DNA of 63,048 nt, counting the filler, from Octopus bimaculoides (Eukaryota): the NCBI RefSeq assembly GCF_001194135.2. It is 4 parts of 4 records of this genome, joined end to end, with 100 filler letters (N's around TTAATTAATTAA, not from the genome) between each part and the next. Parts side by side here need not be neighbours in the genome. Positions count along the whole stretch, not along the records: positions 32,706 to 56,168 come from NC_068992.1; 3 more parts are not named here. One strand, given 5' to 3'. The notes under the pieces were generated by a model. The model saw nothing but the letters and a program-made list of their open reading frames with translations, was not told the DNA's origin and made no database searches. A program made the translations under genes and the position numbers. Shown piece after piece: positions 36,954 through 50,772 of the stretch. Each line of letters starts with the position of its first letter. Within the stretch, counting starts at the first letter, position 1.

Positions 36954-37269
36954 TGTGTGTGTATATGTTTGTGTGTCCGTGCTTGCCCACCCCCACTTCA
37001 CTTGTCAACCGATGCTGGTGTGTCTACGTCCCCGTAACTTGGCGGCTCGGCCAAAGAGACCGATAGAATAAGTACTAGGCTTACAAAGAATAAGTCTTGG
37101 GGTCGACCTTCTCGACTAAAGCGGTCCTCCAGCATGCCTGCACTTAAATAACTGAAACAAGCGCAAGAATGAAAGAATATGTTTACATTCATTTAAAAAA
37201 TTCGGATGTGGGTTAAGTCAGTGTTTGGAGCTAAAAATAAATTGTGATCATTCGACTACGTATACTCTG

Positions 37270-38800
37270 TATCTCTTTGATCCATTTACATTCGGCGTGG
37301 GTCACTCCACCATGCTCTGCTTGATTGTCTGAAGTGTGCAATTGGTCTTCAGATCCCATATATGGCTACCTAACTTTGTAGCTTTATTTTTATCATTTTA
37401 TCATAGAGAAGTTTGGTTTTTTAAAAATACATCGCATAAGCAAAGGCAAATTTTCTGTCAGAAGCACTGCTGTGATTTTGGCGTTATAAATCGCTGATCA
37501 AGTATGTCAGTTTATCAAGAATTCCATGTTTCTAATCGAGCAGACAAGCCTCAGGTCCTTAACAGTTTCAAAGGAGTAAGCTCTTATTTGTGGCCTGCGA
37601 TTGATAATGTCTTCCATACTTGAGCAGCAGTCGTATGAAATTTTCAGTGGAAGTCTTGTAAAAACTTCGTATTTATGGCTAAGTGGGAAACGGCTATCTA
37701 CTCAGGTGAAGAATTTTTAGTTTTAACCTTTAAAGACAAAGTTGGTGTGATGGCGAATGACATTATTTTCCTTGCAACTTAGTGGTTCAGCAAGTTATAA
37801 CGAAAGAAGTACCACTTTTAAAAAGAATGTAGAGTCAATTAGTTTGACTAAAATTCTTGAAGGTTTTACCTCAGCATGGACGTAGTCTAATGACTAAGAC
37901 AAGTAAAAGATATCTTGTTTTCTTAGGATATATCTGTTAGGTCTGGACATCATAATAGCAGAGGATTGCTTGGAAGAAGAGAGATTAGGTATCCTGACGC
38001 CGATATTTCCTGTAAGGTTTTGAAACACTATATTGGGTGACAGGACCGCTTTTATGTATATGTGATTTTCTCATTTGGTTTATGACAGGGTTTATAAAAA
38101 CACGAGTTTAAGTCAAGAAAGACATTTGATAAATCAACTTTAGAGAGATTAGTGGTTGCAGTAATTTTTTTGCCTAATTGGCAACAAGTATGTCTATCAT
38201 AGTCATGCGATATACCCAACATATCGTCACCATTTGGATGGGAACATAGGTTTCAGCGTATCTAATATATGAGAACCTGCAAGATCACAGATGTCAGCAC
38301 TGTCATACGATCCCTTCAATACATCAAACAATTATGCTTTAGGTTTCTTAACTCGTGCCGAGCCCATGCTTATTAGAAGGGTTTTTCGCTCGGGCATGAT
38401 AAATTCCAGGTTTATATGGTCAATATTGACATAGCTTTTTGGCAAAATCATTCACCTTATCTTGCAATGATTTCGATATCGAATGATGTAAATCTGCTTG
38501 CTTTCAATTATTAGACCAATTCGCCGTCTCCTGTAGTTTAATAGTTTCCCTAACTTGTAATATGTCATAGTAATTTTCTGTCTGTTTTTTTTTTTTTTTT
38601 GCTACTAAAACTGTTTTGCTTCTCGAGGGGTTTAAAAGTCTACTGGTGGGCTTATTGCTAAAATTAGGTTTGTGATCTTTTGTGACTTCGCTTTTACTAT
38701 TTATTTCTTCGTTTCGTTTTTTTCTCTTGTTCCAACTTTTGCGTCATCTCCTTCTCGTCTTTCCCCAAGCTTTCTCATAGCGTCCTTTCTCATTTTTATT
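37270..38800 (-). mobile_element. Decayed Penelope-like element (RT plus GIY-YIG endonuclease), interrupted by a SINE fragment at about 37730-37910
   Basis: KDHKPNFSNKPTSRLLNP, FTSFDIE, FDVLKGSYDSADICDLAG, ITATTNLSKVD, KISYDCCSSMEDIINR, IYNAKIT, ATKLGSHIWDLK: motifs in the order expected for Penelope RT-linker-GIY-YIG, with many stops and frameshifts. Confidence 0.8.
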
Positions 38801-39007
38801 TCAAATAGACCAACCATGTGAGCATGAAATCTACCGATATACTGAGTTTCCACAGCATATAATTCATAGAAGATTGTATTTCAATAATGTGTATAATGAA
38901 TGGTATTTAAGTGTTGCTACGTAGAGTACTTATTTGTTGATCCTACTAATAACGGAACAGTCATTACACGCACACATACACGTATGTATGAATATATTTG
39001 GTTCTAC

Positions 39008-39050
<43 letters not shown>

Positions 39051-39860
39051 TATGTGTGTGCTATTTAGAAGTTAAAAAGCAAAATACGTAGCAGATGCAG
39101 GAGACATCTGTAGTACACTTTGATGCCTCTTGGGGTATTACAATAAAAGTGTCCTTTAACAGATACTAAACTTCCTCACATACTTTTTCCCATAATGCAA
39201 TCAATTCTATCACCTGCAATTATTGATAATTCACTGGCAGCTGTCATTTTAAATATATACCAGTCGGTAGTGATTAGAAACCATTCACAAACTTGATACA
39301 TATTTGAACATAAGGAGAATTTCAAATGAAACTCAGAAAAAAAATGTAGACTTACATTTCCAGAAGGCAGATACTTAAGTGGCTAACGGAAAATTGATCA
39401 TGCTCTTAAAAACATAAACTTACTGAAATCTTCAACAATATGTCAAAATGCAATGGAGAAATATTCTTTTCAATTATATTTTCTCATCTCCTTTTGTGTT
39501 TTCCGTAATATTTTCACTTTAATATATTTTCTGTATAGAAATCAAATGACATCGTCGAATGTTACATTTTCTAGAATAGCTTCAAGTAAGTTTGAAATAG
39601 TTGTACGTAATATTTAGACATACACTCAAACATATACGTATACACCCACATATATATATACAAGTTTATCTACATAAGTACATTTATGTACATAGAGACG
39701 CATATTCCGGCTAATACAAACATACATGTAAATTTTTATATGTATGTATATATAAAGAGCTACACGTATTTAGGTTTCTGTGAGTATTTACGTTTCTTTC
39801 TGCATATATGTGTATACATATACATATATGTGTATGTATGCTAATATCCATACGCTTGTA

Positions 39861-40080
39861 CTGTAACCCCTCGACTATCGCGGGTGTGTTACGTTCCAAA
39901 ACCTCCCACAGAAATAACTAAAATCTAAAAATTATAAATACAAATCGACCGCAGAAACCCGCGATATACTGAGAAATCCGCGAAATACTGAGAAATCTGC
40001 GATATAAATGTACATGCCAGAAAAATCCACTATATACTAAGTGAGCGATAGGTGAGCCGCGATATGGCGAGAGATTACTG
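39861..40080. mobile_element. pogo/Tigger-like MITE
   Basis: Imperfect terminal inverted repeats ctgtaacccctcgactatcgcgg / ccgcgatatggcgagagattactg, TA at the left flank, internal 3x ~18-bp ccgcgatatactgagaaa repeat. Confidence 0.6.
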
Positions 40081-40440
40081 CATATGTCTGTCAGTCTATT
40101 CATCTGCCTATACATATATGTACATACATATTTATGTACTTATGCATACATACAAAAATTCCTCATACATACGTACTTGCACACATACATATATACATAC
40201 ATACATACAAAATCCAATCCATCACTGGAACTGTAAAAATCTGTAAATCTTTCCAGATTGTTTTCATTTAAGTATATATGAACATGCATAGATATGTAAG
40301 TATATGCATGAGAAAACATACAAGACCAAAGACATACAAAACTGCACATATACACGCATACATACATACATACATACATACATACATACGTAAGTATGTA
40401 TACATACATGTATACATACATGTATACATACATGTATACA

Positions 40441-40965
40441 TGTGGTGGTTGTCTACTCCTTAAACAGAGTTTGACCACCTCCTGCACCTACACCTTAGCC
40501 CTTTCATGGCGTCTGATGTGGCTTTTTAAACCAGACAGTGTTTTGAAAAAACACCCACACAGATTGCACCTCTGATTTGCACTACCAATACCTGCAAGTA
40601 AGTTCTGCTCATTGTGGATCCTAACATGTCTTTTAAGACCCCCATTGGATTTGCAAACCCTCTGGCACACACCACATTCAAACGTGTGCACAGACATATA
40701 ATCAGAATAGCTGGGTGAGGTTTGTTTTCCATGGGTTCGCAGGTGAGATTTGAGGCCAGCCAAGGACAGACATGGTCTGTCACAGACTGTGCACACAAAA
40801 AGGTCCTTGTCATTCACCTTCTCAGTCTTCACCTTTTTCCTTAAATGTCTCTTGAGCCCTGCTTGCATCATCCTGGCCTCTTCAAATGCTTTCACTCCAC
40901 TCCACACCCTTGTTCGCCATCCATCTCGATCTGAAGCGAGGACTTCAATATCTTTTGGAGCCATT
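40441..40965 (-). mobile_element. 5'-truncated RTE/BovB-type LINE 3' end with an intact 158-codon ORF (40488-40964) holding three C2H2 fingers
   Basis: LASDRDGWRTRVWSGVKAFEEAR...KRHLRK is the BovB-like ORF end. Fingers: CTVC..HLRTH, CGVC..HVRIH, CNLC..HIRRH. Flanked on both sides by (TATACATACATG)n. Confidence 0.8.
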
Positions 40966-41753
40966 TATACATACATGTATACATACATGTATACATACAA
41001 AACACACTGTTTATGTTGTTGAAATTCTAATGAAGGAACATTGAATCTAGGTTAGAAACCGGCTATTTCTCTATTGGCAAGAAATTTTGAAATACAACTG
41101 AATGATGACATACATACAAACATACATACATGGATATACACACATACATACAAACATACATACATACATACATACATACATACATGCATGCATGCATACA
41201 TACATACTACATATATACATACATACTACATACATACATACATACATACATACATACATACATACATACATACATACATCTGTTGATTCAGTACAGGCGA
41301 TATATTACAGGACAGTATAGATTTTGTGTATTCTTTAATACATTACAGCTGAAAGGCCTCGACTTTCTGCATTCAGAATTTTTAGTTTTCAATCATCAGC
41401 TGGTAAAACCGAACGGGCTTTTATTTGAAATATCCTTTGTCTGAATAATTTTGGAAATATGAAATGAAAATCTAAAGTAAACACTTATCATGGCACTACT
41501 TTGTGTCATTTTATAGATATGTATGTGTGTATGTGTATATATGTGTTTAAACAGCTTTCTAGTGTTTTTACAGAAGACGTGTATTGGGATCCCAGAGGGC
41601 AGCCTTCGAATTTTTCTTTCCAAACACAATATTCCGCTCGTAATATTAATGGCATTTCTACTTGGAGTTCAACCGTTAGAAATGCTTAGTCATAAATAAA
41701 GCCCTATATGTACAAATATATATATATATATATGTGTGTAAGTATGCATACAT

Positions 41754-41803
<50 letters not shown>

Positions 41804-42553
41804 ACATAATGTATAAATAGTGAGAGAGAGAGAGATTCATGTATAATTGTAAACTTATACACAAGCGCAAATACATATATATTATATGCTGTGTACGGGG
41901 ATTATTAAAATAAATTTGCTATTGCAAACCCGGGCACGGGCTGTTGTTCTTTATGTGATTTAGAAAATGGGCATTTATGACAAAAAATAATGCTTTGCTC
42001 TAGAGAAAGCGTACGTCAATGCCATTACAGTGAGCATATGCGAATATCCCTGACTTATATTGAGGAAGTAACAGAGGGCCACATTTAAAGCAGCTTGATG
42101 AACACGAATTATAGCATGGAAAGTGCATCAGAATAAACTTAAGCAAAAAGAAAATGTATGAAAGTGTGCGTAAGCTCACATACACATATGCGCAGGGTCA
42201 CATATTCCTATGCGAATGCTTACATGAATGCACACATGCACAAAATGCCAGCACACACGATTACACACTCCTCTACACAACTTGAACACACATACAAACA
42301 AATAGACACATACACTTATACTTTCACACACACACAAGTGTGTGAAAGTGTATGTGTGTGTATCTGCTTGTTAGTATTTATGTGCGTACGAGTGTATATT
42401 CAATGTGTGTGCATATATATATGCACATTGAATATACACTCGTACGCAAACAAACATTAACACAGATACATATGTGGTATATGCGCATGTGTATATATAT
42501 ACGTATGTATATACATAGCTATATATCTCTACATGTATACATATACCTATATA

Positions 42554-42601
<48 letters not shown>

Positions 42602-42910
42602 NNNNNNNNNNNNNNNNNNNNNNNNNNNNNNNNNNNNNNNNNNNNNNNNNNNNNNNNNNNNNNNNNNNNNNNNNNNNNNNNNNNNNNNNNNNNNNNNNNN
42701 NNNNNNNNNNNNNNNNNNNNNNNNNNNNNNNNNNNNNNNNNNNNNNNNNNNNNNNNNNNNNNNNNNNNNNNNNNNNNNNNNNNNNNNNNNNNNNNNNNNN
42801 NNNNNNNNNNNNNNNNNNNNNNNNNNNNNNNNNNNNNNNNNNNNNNNNNNNNNNNNNNNNNNNNNNNNNNNNNNNNNNNNNNNNNNNNNNNNNNNNNNNN
42901 NNNNNNNNNN

Positions 42911-42957
<47 letters not shown>

Positions 42958-43328
42958 AATTTTGAAATAAAGCAAAAGATAAAGATGTAGATAAATAAGC
43001 AGATACAGAGAGTGGGGAGTGAGAGGATGTCAGAAAAACGCATGTCTGTAGGCGTTTCTGTGCCTCTCACCATGTGTATGTGAGTGTGAGTACGTGTGCG
43101 TACGTGTGTGTTATTGTGTTTCTTCTTTCATGTTGTGTGCCGGTAATAGGTTATCAACAGACCTACTTATTCCACTGATGTAACTATTCCTCATGCACGT
43201 ACAACGAGAATTCAACCTTTTGTTATTTTAAACAAGTAACGGCCATTGTTTACATCGTATATCATATACCTCATGTTATAGCTGAATATACTACCTTTTG
43301 AAAACAGGCACTATTATTATTATTATCA

Positions 43329-43372
<44 letters not shown>

Positions 43373-44497
43373 ATTATTATTATTATCATTATCCTTATTA
43401 ATATCATTATTATTATCATTATTATTATTATATTCATTATTGTTATTATCATTATCATCATCGCCGTCATCGTCATCATCATGTATTGTTGTTGTTATTG
43501 TATATTTAAATATTATATGTTGCTTCTCAGATATCCGTATTATACAAGCCTTCCTCAATGGCCCTGATATTCTTCAGGAAGTTGCTTTCATTATTTCCCT
43601 CAGCTCATACTTGAAACAGAATACGGTCTTTCAGCAATGCTAATGACATAATGTATTTAAACGTGCAGCTTATCTTTTACTATTATCTTTGAATCCCTTA
43701 CCATTCTTTGAATGACACATGTGGGATTCTGTTTAGTAAAAGATTTTTTATTCCATATTGTTTTCAAACGGCTGATGATTTTGGTTAAACTATCATAGCC
43801 TCGACTTATTTTATGAGATTATTTCATGCAGTTTACATTGCGTTCTTATTTAGGCACAAACCAGCATTTTTATGGAAAGGGAGCAATTCGATTTCATCGA
43901 CTCCCAACTTGACTGGTCCTATATTTCATTGACCTTGAAAAGATGAAAGCACCTTTTTTCCACATCAGCATTTGAGCTCCGAATGTAAGGAGTCGAAATA
44001 AATACCGCAAACCTTTTTTTTTTTTTTTTCTTGTTCTGACATTTTAACGACTCTGCATATTCCACACTTTCACAAGTCAGTATTCAAATTTATGTAAGGC
44101 GACGAGTTGGCTGAAAGCTCACCATTCCGAACAAAATGTTTTTGGGAATTTCGTCCGTCTTTACGCTGTGAGTTCAAATTTCCCCGTGGTCGACCTTGCT
44201 TTCATNNNNNNNNNNNNNNNNNNNNNNNNNNNNNNNNNNNNNNNNNNNNNNNNNNNNNNNNNNNNNNNNNNNNNNNNNNNNNNNNNNNNNNNNNNNNNNN
44301 NNNNNNNNNNNNNNNNNNNNNNNNNNNNNNNNNNNNNNNNNNNNNNNNNNNNNNNNNNNNNNNNNNNNNNNNNNNNNNNNNNNNNNNNNNNNNNNNNNNN
44401 NNNNNNNNNNNNNNNNNNNNNNNNNNNNNNNNNNNNNNNNNNNNNNNNNNNNNNNNNNNNNNNNNNNNNNNNNNNNNNNNNNNNNNNNNNNNNNNNN

Positions 44498-44578
<81 letters not shown>

Positions 44579-45892
44579 GTGTGTGATTTTAATACCAGAA
44601 CATGGAATTGTCAGGATTTATTAGAAATTACTATAATTGTTTCACTGCATCATTATCAGCTGGTGATTGCTGAATGTTAAATATACATTATACAACTTAT
44701 TGCACTGATATGCTTTAACACTAGCGCATCTTCAGGTAGGTGTCATTCAAAGTACTACGAAATCGTCTTTAGGTTTCTATCTACACTATGATGTTATTTT
44801 TCGTATTCTATTGAGAAAGAAAAAATACGAAAAGACACACATGAGAAAAAATACCCGAAATAAATGAATGGAAATGTATATGTATGTATATAAACTAATG
44901 TAAATATATATAGTTATGTCCGTATGTGTGAAATTCATTAAGTCTTTCGGACATGGGGATCCGTGTCAAAATTTACTCTCTACATGGGCTCCTGAACAAC
45001 AAAATAAAGAGTTGTACATATAGCTCCTGTGTAACAATTGCTGGCAAACTAATGGAGGGAATGAGCTGCGTCATCTTTTCCTAGGTGTGTTTTTCATTAC
45101 AGTTTGACCGAGAATCCGGAAGAGATGACGTTTAATCAATCCCCGCTATGGTGAAATTCAGCGTGAAAGATTTATTATTTAAATCTAAGAGGGGTGGCGG
45201 TGGAAAATTCCTGGCTTTGAGGGCATTGCGAAAGGTCTGGCCGGAGGCCCAATCTTCCGAGTTCTTTTACAGGGCTTAGAATAACTGAACGACCGCTGCA
45301 GTAAGTGTGTGAATTTGAAAGGGGAATATATTTAATAAAACCATAATCAATTGATCCTCCTGTATTTTCTTTTACCCAAAGCCAGAAACTTTTCCGCATT
45401 ATCTGGTACGTTTTGGCTTACAGGCTTTTTTTAAGGCCCAGCAGTAAATTTCATCGTATTAATATTACACCTCCAATTAGGGAACGAATAATTCTTCTTG
45501 GGATTGACAATTAAGGAATATCTGGGACGCATTTGTTAAGAAACAGAGGCCCAGTACAAGGGTTTGGCTGTAATCTTAGGTATTTACAGTGACACTAACA
45601 GACATATTTCAATCTATTTCATGGTTTTGATCGAAATATTTTTCAAGATTTGTAAAACTTCGCAAAAACTTAGTTTGTTGTGTGATAATATATAATTAAG
45701 AAAAAGGTCTGCAGAACTGTGTGTTTTGTGAAATGATATTTTTTTCATAATGTGCAAGGAAAATTATTAAATTTATTCCAATTATAATGGAAGAAGCAAG
45801 TGTATGTTATCTATGAATGAAGATGTGGAATATAATATTATGTATGTTTATACAGTGACAGAGAGAAAGAGTGAGAGAGCAACATATATATG

Positions 45893-45947
<55 letters not shown>

Positions 45948-46739
45948 AGAGAGAGGCTAAGAGGTTAGGTGCCTGCAGAGCCATTACTAGGCTGTACTTT
46001 CGATTCTCTTTTGAAGATCGTTTAATATGACAGAACCCTTTACTTTTTCTGTGAAACGTTTCATTTTTGCAATTACCATGTTCCTGAAATGGCGAAACTC
46101 TGCGCCCAGACAAAAGACGCCAATAAATATATTCAATTCCTTTATCATAGATTTAGCTTCATTCACCATTTTGTCTTCTCTCATAGTGGAATACATTCAT
46201 AAATGATACTTATATATAACTTTGGTTTTGTTCCCTTTCTATATCTGTTTCTATAAAATTGAAATGTCTCTTTCTAAGTGATTATTGTCTATGGTAGAAT
46301 GTTTATGTTCATTGAATAATTCCTCCCATTATTCGAGCTTTCTGCAACCTGATCTCATTTATTCACGTCGCATTTCTGAGAGAAACAGCTGACTTTGACA
46401 CTTTAATTATCTCTCTTGTATTATTTGCACCAGCATATGTAAGCTATTAAATTCAAAACAATAATCATCATCACATTCGTCTCCCAACCTATGTGGCGGT
46501 ACACTCTAAATGACTTGCTGCTTAATTTAATACACATCAACACTCTACAAAAAAAAAAAAGAATTAATACATTCATACATACTACTCTCGTACATATAGC
46601 CTTAGACAATATCCATCACGTCAACATCATTCTTTGTTTCGTGTCATTTCCCCATCAATATGTACTATTTCCTAATTTGTCTCCTCTCTATGGGTCTCTA
46701 ACAATATACATGTACATTTATGCATACATACACTTCCTT

Positions 46740-46770
<31 letters not shown>

Positions 46771-49700
46771 NNNNNNNNNNNNNNNNNNNNNNNNNNNNNN
46801 NNNNNNNNNNNNNNNNNNNNNNNNNNNNNNNNNNNNNNNNNNNNNNNNNNNNNNNNNNNNNNNNNNNNNNNNNNNNNNNNNNNNNNNNNNNNNNNNNNNN
46901 NNNNNNNNNNNNNNNNNNNNNNNNNNNNNNNNNNNNNNNNNNNNNNNNNNNNNNNNNNNNNNNNNNNNNNNNNNNNNNNNNNNNNNNNNNNNNNNNNNNN
47001 NNNNNNNNNNNNNNNNNNNNNNNNNNNNNNNNNNNNNNNNNNNNNNNNNNNNNNNNNNNNNNNNNNNNNNNNNNNNNNNNNNNNNNNNNNNNNNNNNNNN
47101 NNNNNNNNNNNNNNNNNNNNNNNNNNNNNNNNNNNNNNNNNNNNNNNNNNNNNNNNNNNNNNNNNNNNNNNNNNNNNNNNNNNNNNNNNNNNNNNNNNNN
47201 NNNNNNNNNNNNNNNNNNNNNNNNNNNNNNNNNNNNNNNNNNNNNNNNNNNNNNNNNNNNNNNNNNNNNNNNNNNNNNNNNNNNNNNNNNNNNNNNNNNN
47301 NNNNATCTCTGAGCGAGATATAAACAGTAGCAATATATATATACACATATATACACATACGCTTATATATCTGTATGTATGTGTGTATGTAAGTGCCTGT
47401 ATATATGTATTCGTGAATATAAATAATTTTTCTTTGAGATTTATCTAAATTCGTCTTAAGAGAGTCGAAGTAGGTCACTAAAAAGATAAGACTAAATATG
47501 TAAGGAGACCACCCGGTGTTTGTAAATATGTGCTTAAGTTGGTGTGGTACCCGAGCTGTCGATGCACACAGCCAAGTGTGTGAATCTATTTACCTAAATA
47601 TTCGCAGACAGAGGATATTTAGAATGTCTTACAAATCCTCACTGTGCCGCTTAAATATTGTACAGAATTCACAGATATGCTGATATTAACGTCTAATTCA
47701 TGTATGATTCATATAAAGCATAGATGATACAAATGTAATGTAAATTTGAGCCTGAATTGAAGTCTTTTGGGGGGTTTCATCCGTATATGTCCCCAATATT
47801 GTTTGAGACAATTAAAGAAGTAGTAATTACGTACTAAGATAATCTTTTAAATTCTAGAAGTAATGGAACCATGTTGTTTGAAAAAACTTGTAAGTGTTAA
47901 TACTTTGTAGTTTTATTAACTTTTAAACAGTTTAATTTAGCTTTAATCGTAGCAAAGTTTCATAATAATAATTCATTGCAAGTATAATTTTTTAGTTCCT
48001 ATTTAATAAATTCAACGTTTCTATCAGTTACTGGTAAGTATACATTACAGCTTGCAAGGGTAATGTATATGTAATATATAGAGTATGTAGTATTTTTATT
48101 ATTAACTTTGAATTAGGAAATGATGTATTTCACTCATAATTATGTTATTCGTTAAATTAAATTCAACCGCGTTTTGTTTTGGAGAGAATTGGAATAAAGC
48201 TTTCACTTTCTGTTATTATAGTAGTAACTATGGAAGACTGATGGGATTATTATTTGTTTGGACTTAAAGATTGGTCGCTATTTAGTATATGATTTAGTTA
48301 TTGTAGTTTTACTATTGATACCGATACAAATACACATAGATTTATGTGTTTGAATGTTCTGTTTTTCCTTTTTTGGTATGTTTGCTCCCAAACAACACTT
48401 CTTTTAGTGCTGTTGACACCGCCCGATTGAATGGTACTGCCCATGTGTCGAAACCATAATGATATCCGTGGAGCAGCTGATGATGGAGGCATGTGGGATT
48501 GTTGTTATGGCTGTTCTTGTATAACACATACTTTTGATATAACAAAAGAAAAAGGAAATAGAGATTGGGAAGTTAATAATTGTTTATTATCAATAGCAAA
48601 TTCACTATCTTCCCTTACAGCTGTTCCAATTAATAATCATAAATATATGAGTTTATGGATCCATAATATTAGACTGAAGGATACGGTTTTAGATTTGTGT
48701 TGTTATACGTTCGACAGAGGAGGTTACGGGTTGATCGGAGATAAAATAGAGCAAGTAAATAGAATTAAAAAAAGAAATGAATAAATTAAGTAGAAATGAT
48801 AGAGGAAATTTAAATATAAATAATCTAAGTTTATAGTTAATAAAAGAATGAAATATTCGTTTATAAAGTATAGAGTTATGAAAATTTGTATATATGTGTG
48901 TACGCACGTATACACATGCATATATATATGTGTGTGTGTATTTGCATTTGTTATCTATCACNNNNNNNNNNNNNNNNNNNNNNNNNNNNNNNNNNNNNNN
49001 NNNNNNNNNNNNNNNNNNNNNNNNNNNNNNNNNNNNNNNNNNNNNNNNNNNNNNNNNNNNNNNNNNNNNNNNNNNNNNNNNNNNNNNNNNNNNNNNNNNN
49101 NNNNNNNNNNNNNNNNNNNNNNNNNNNNNNNNNNNNNNNNNNNNNNNNNNNNNNNNNNNNNNNNNNNNNNNNNNNNNNNNNNNNNNNNNNNNNNNNNNNN
49201 NNNNNNNNNNNNNNNNNNNNNNNNNNNNNNNNNNNNNNNNNNNNNNNNNNNNNNNNNNNNNNNNNNNNNNNNNNNNNNNNNNNNNNNNNNNNNNNNNNNN
49301 NNNNNNNNNNNNNNNNNNNNNNNNNNNNNNNNNNNNNNNNNNNNNNNNNNNNNNNNNNNNNNNNNNNNNNNNNNNNNNNNNNNNNNNNNNNNNNNNNNNN
49401 TATATATATATATATATATATATATATGATAATTTTCGAATATGTTCGTTATTGGCACGGGGTTCATACGGATTTTGTTAATTAACCGCTTTCACCTTTG
49501 TGTTTAAGTGAAAAGTTGTGGTTTGGTCACTTTTACTGCTATGTCAGCATGCCAGTATGCTTCTTAGTACCCTTAATAATCAATACGCGCGCGCGCGCAC
49601 ACACACACGCGCGCACACACACGCATACACATCCACACGCTCATTGCTGATAGGGACAGTATATTTCATTTTGCTGCCACGGCATATTATCCACTATACT

Positions 49701-50213
49701 AAAGGTTTGTAAATCAATAGTATGTCCTACTTTGCATTACCAGTTCTTTGTTTACACCTTCAAAGTGCATTTTTACAGTTTCTACAAAATTTAGAGCCAG
49801 AAATGGAAGTCACGACATTTTGTACAGCAATACGTTTATGTAAACCGTCCAATCAAAAATGGATAAATAGGTATTGGATGTATAAAGATATTCTGAAGTT
49901 ATTGGTCGTTCTTCAGCAGCACACCTAACTAAGTTATTGGGGGCGAATACATTGCTTAAAGTGACACTATTGGGTGGAAAATATGTACATATTAAATATA
50001 CTCCTATGAATTGGTACGCACTTATTCATTATTGCAACCATAATATACTACCGAACATATGAAATGCTTATAAGGGTTATGTCTCATTCTTTGTGTTAGT
50101 AGTGCGTTGTATATNNNNNNNNNNNNNNNNNNNNNNNNNNNNNNNNNNNNNNNNNNNNNNNNNNNNNNNNNNNNNNNNNNNNNNNNNNNNNNNNNNNNNN
50201 NNNNNNNNNNNNN

Positions 50214-50772
50214 NGAACTTGAGGCAATCCAACGAAGCTACACAAAGAAGATAGTCTCTATGCAGCTTATAAGCTATTGGGAAAGACTCTATTCCTTTGA
50301 GCGTAGACGAGAAAGATATGCCATAATATACATCTGGAAGATCCTCGAAGGAATTGTCCCAAACTTTGGCATTGAAAGTTACGCAAATAAAAGAACTAGA
50401 CGCCATTGCATAGTGCCAAAGACTCCAAATTTGCCATCAAGATGTAGGACAAGATACTGCAATAGCCTGGGCTTCAGAGGTCCACAGCTCTTCAATATCC
50501 TCCCGAAGGACCTGAGAGACCTGCATGTGGTGGATGTAGGTGTCTTCAAGATGAGGCTGGACCTCTTCCTGTCAGGTGTCCCAGATGAACCAACTTCACG
50601 GCAGGAGGTGCAGATGAGAGCAGCTGCATCAAACTCTCGTTCACCAAATGTCAATTCCTGAAGTAAAATTTGTGAAGCAAAATTGTGTAGCAACACCAAA
50701 TGGCGGTGCCCCAGCATGGCCACAGCTCATGAGCTGAAACTAGATAAAATGAAATGAAATGAAAATGAAAAT
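50214..50772 (+). mobile_element. CR1/L2-group LINE 3' end with (GAAAT)n tail
   Basis: LEAIQRSYTKKI...ERRRERYAIIYIWKILEG..PN...GPQLFNILPKDLR....FKMRLDLFLSGVPDEP....RAA.SNS, followed by a 3' UTR and gaaat repeats. Confidence 0.85.

Noticed and set aside
41027-41070. CTAATGA...GAAACCGG hammerhead-like spacing in the CATA-flanked repeat
   Set aside because: Stems I and II do not close in either copy, so it is not called a ribozyme.
45987-46196. 69-aa minus-strand ORF MREDKMVNEAKSMIKEL...
   Set aside because: No recognisable motif or partner exon; this length is expected by chance.
48342-48545. Minus-strand frame containing CYTR, resembling the Calx-beta RCYTRQ motif
   Set aside because: Surrounding residues do not match a Calx-beta repeat and the frame stops soon after.
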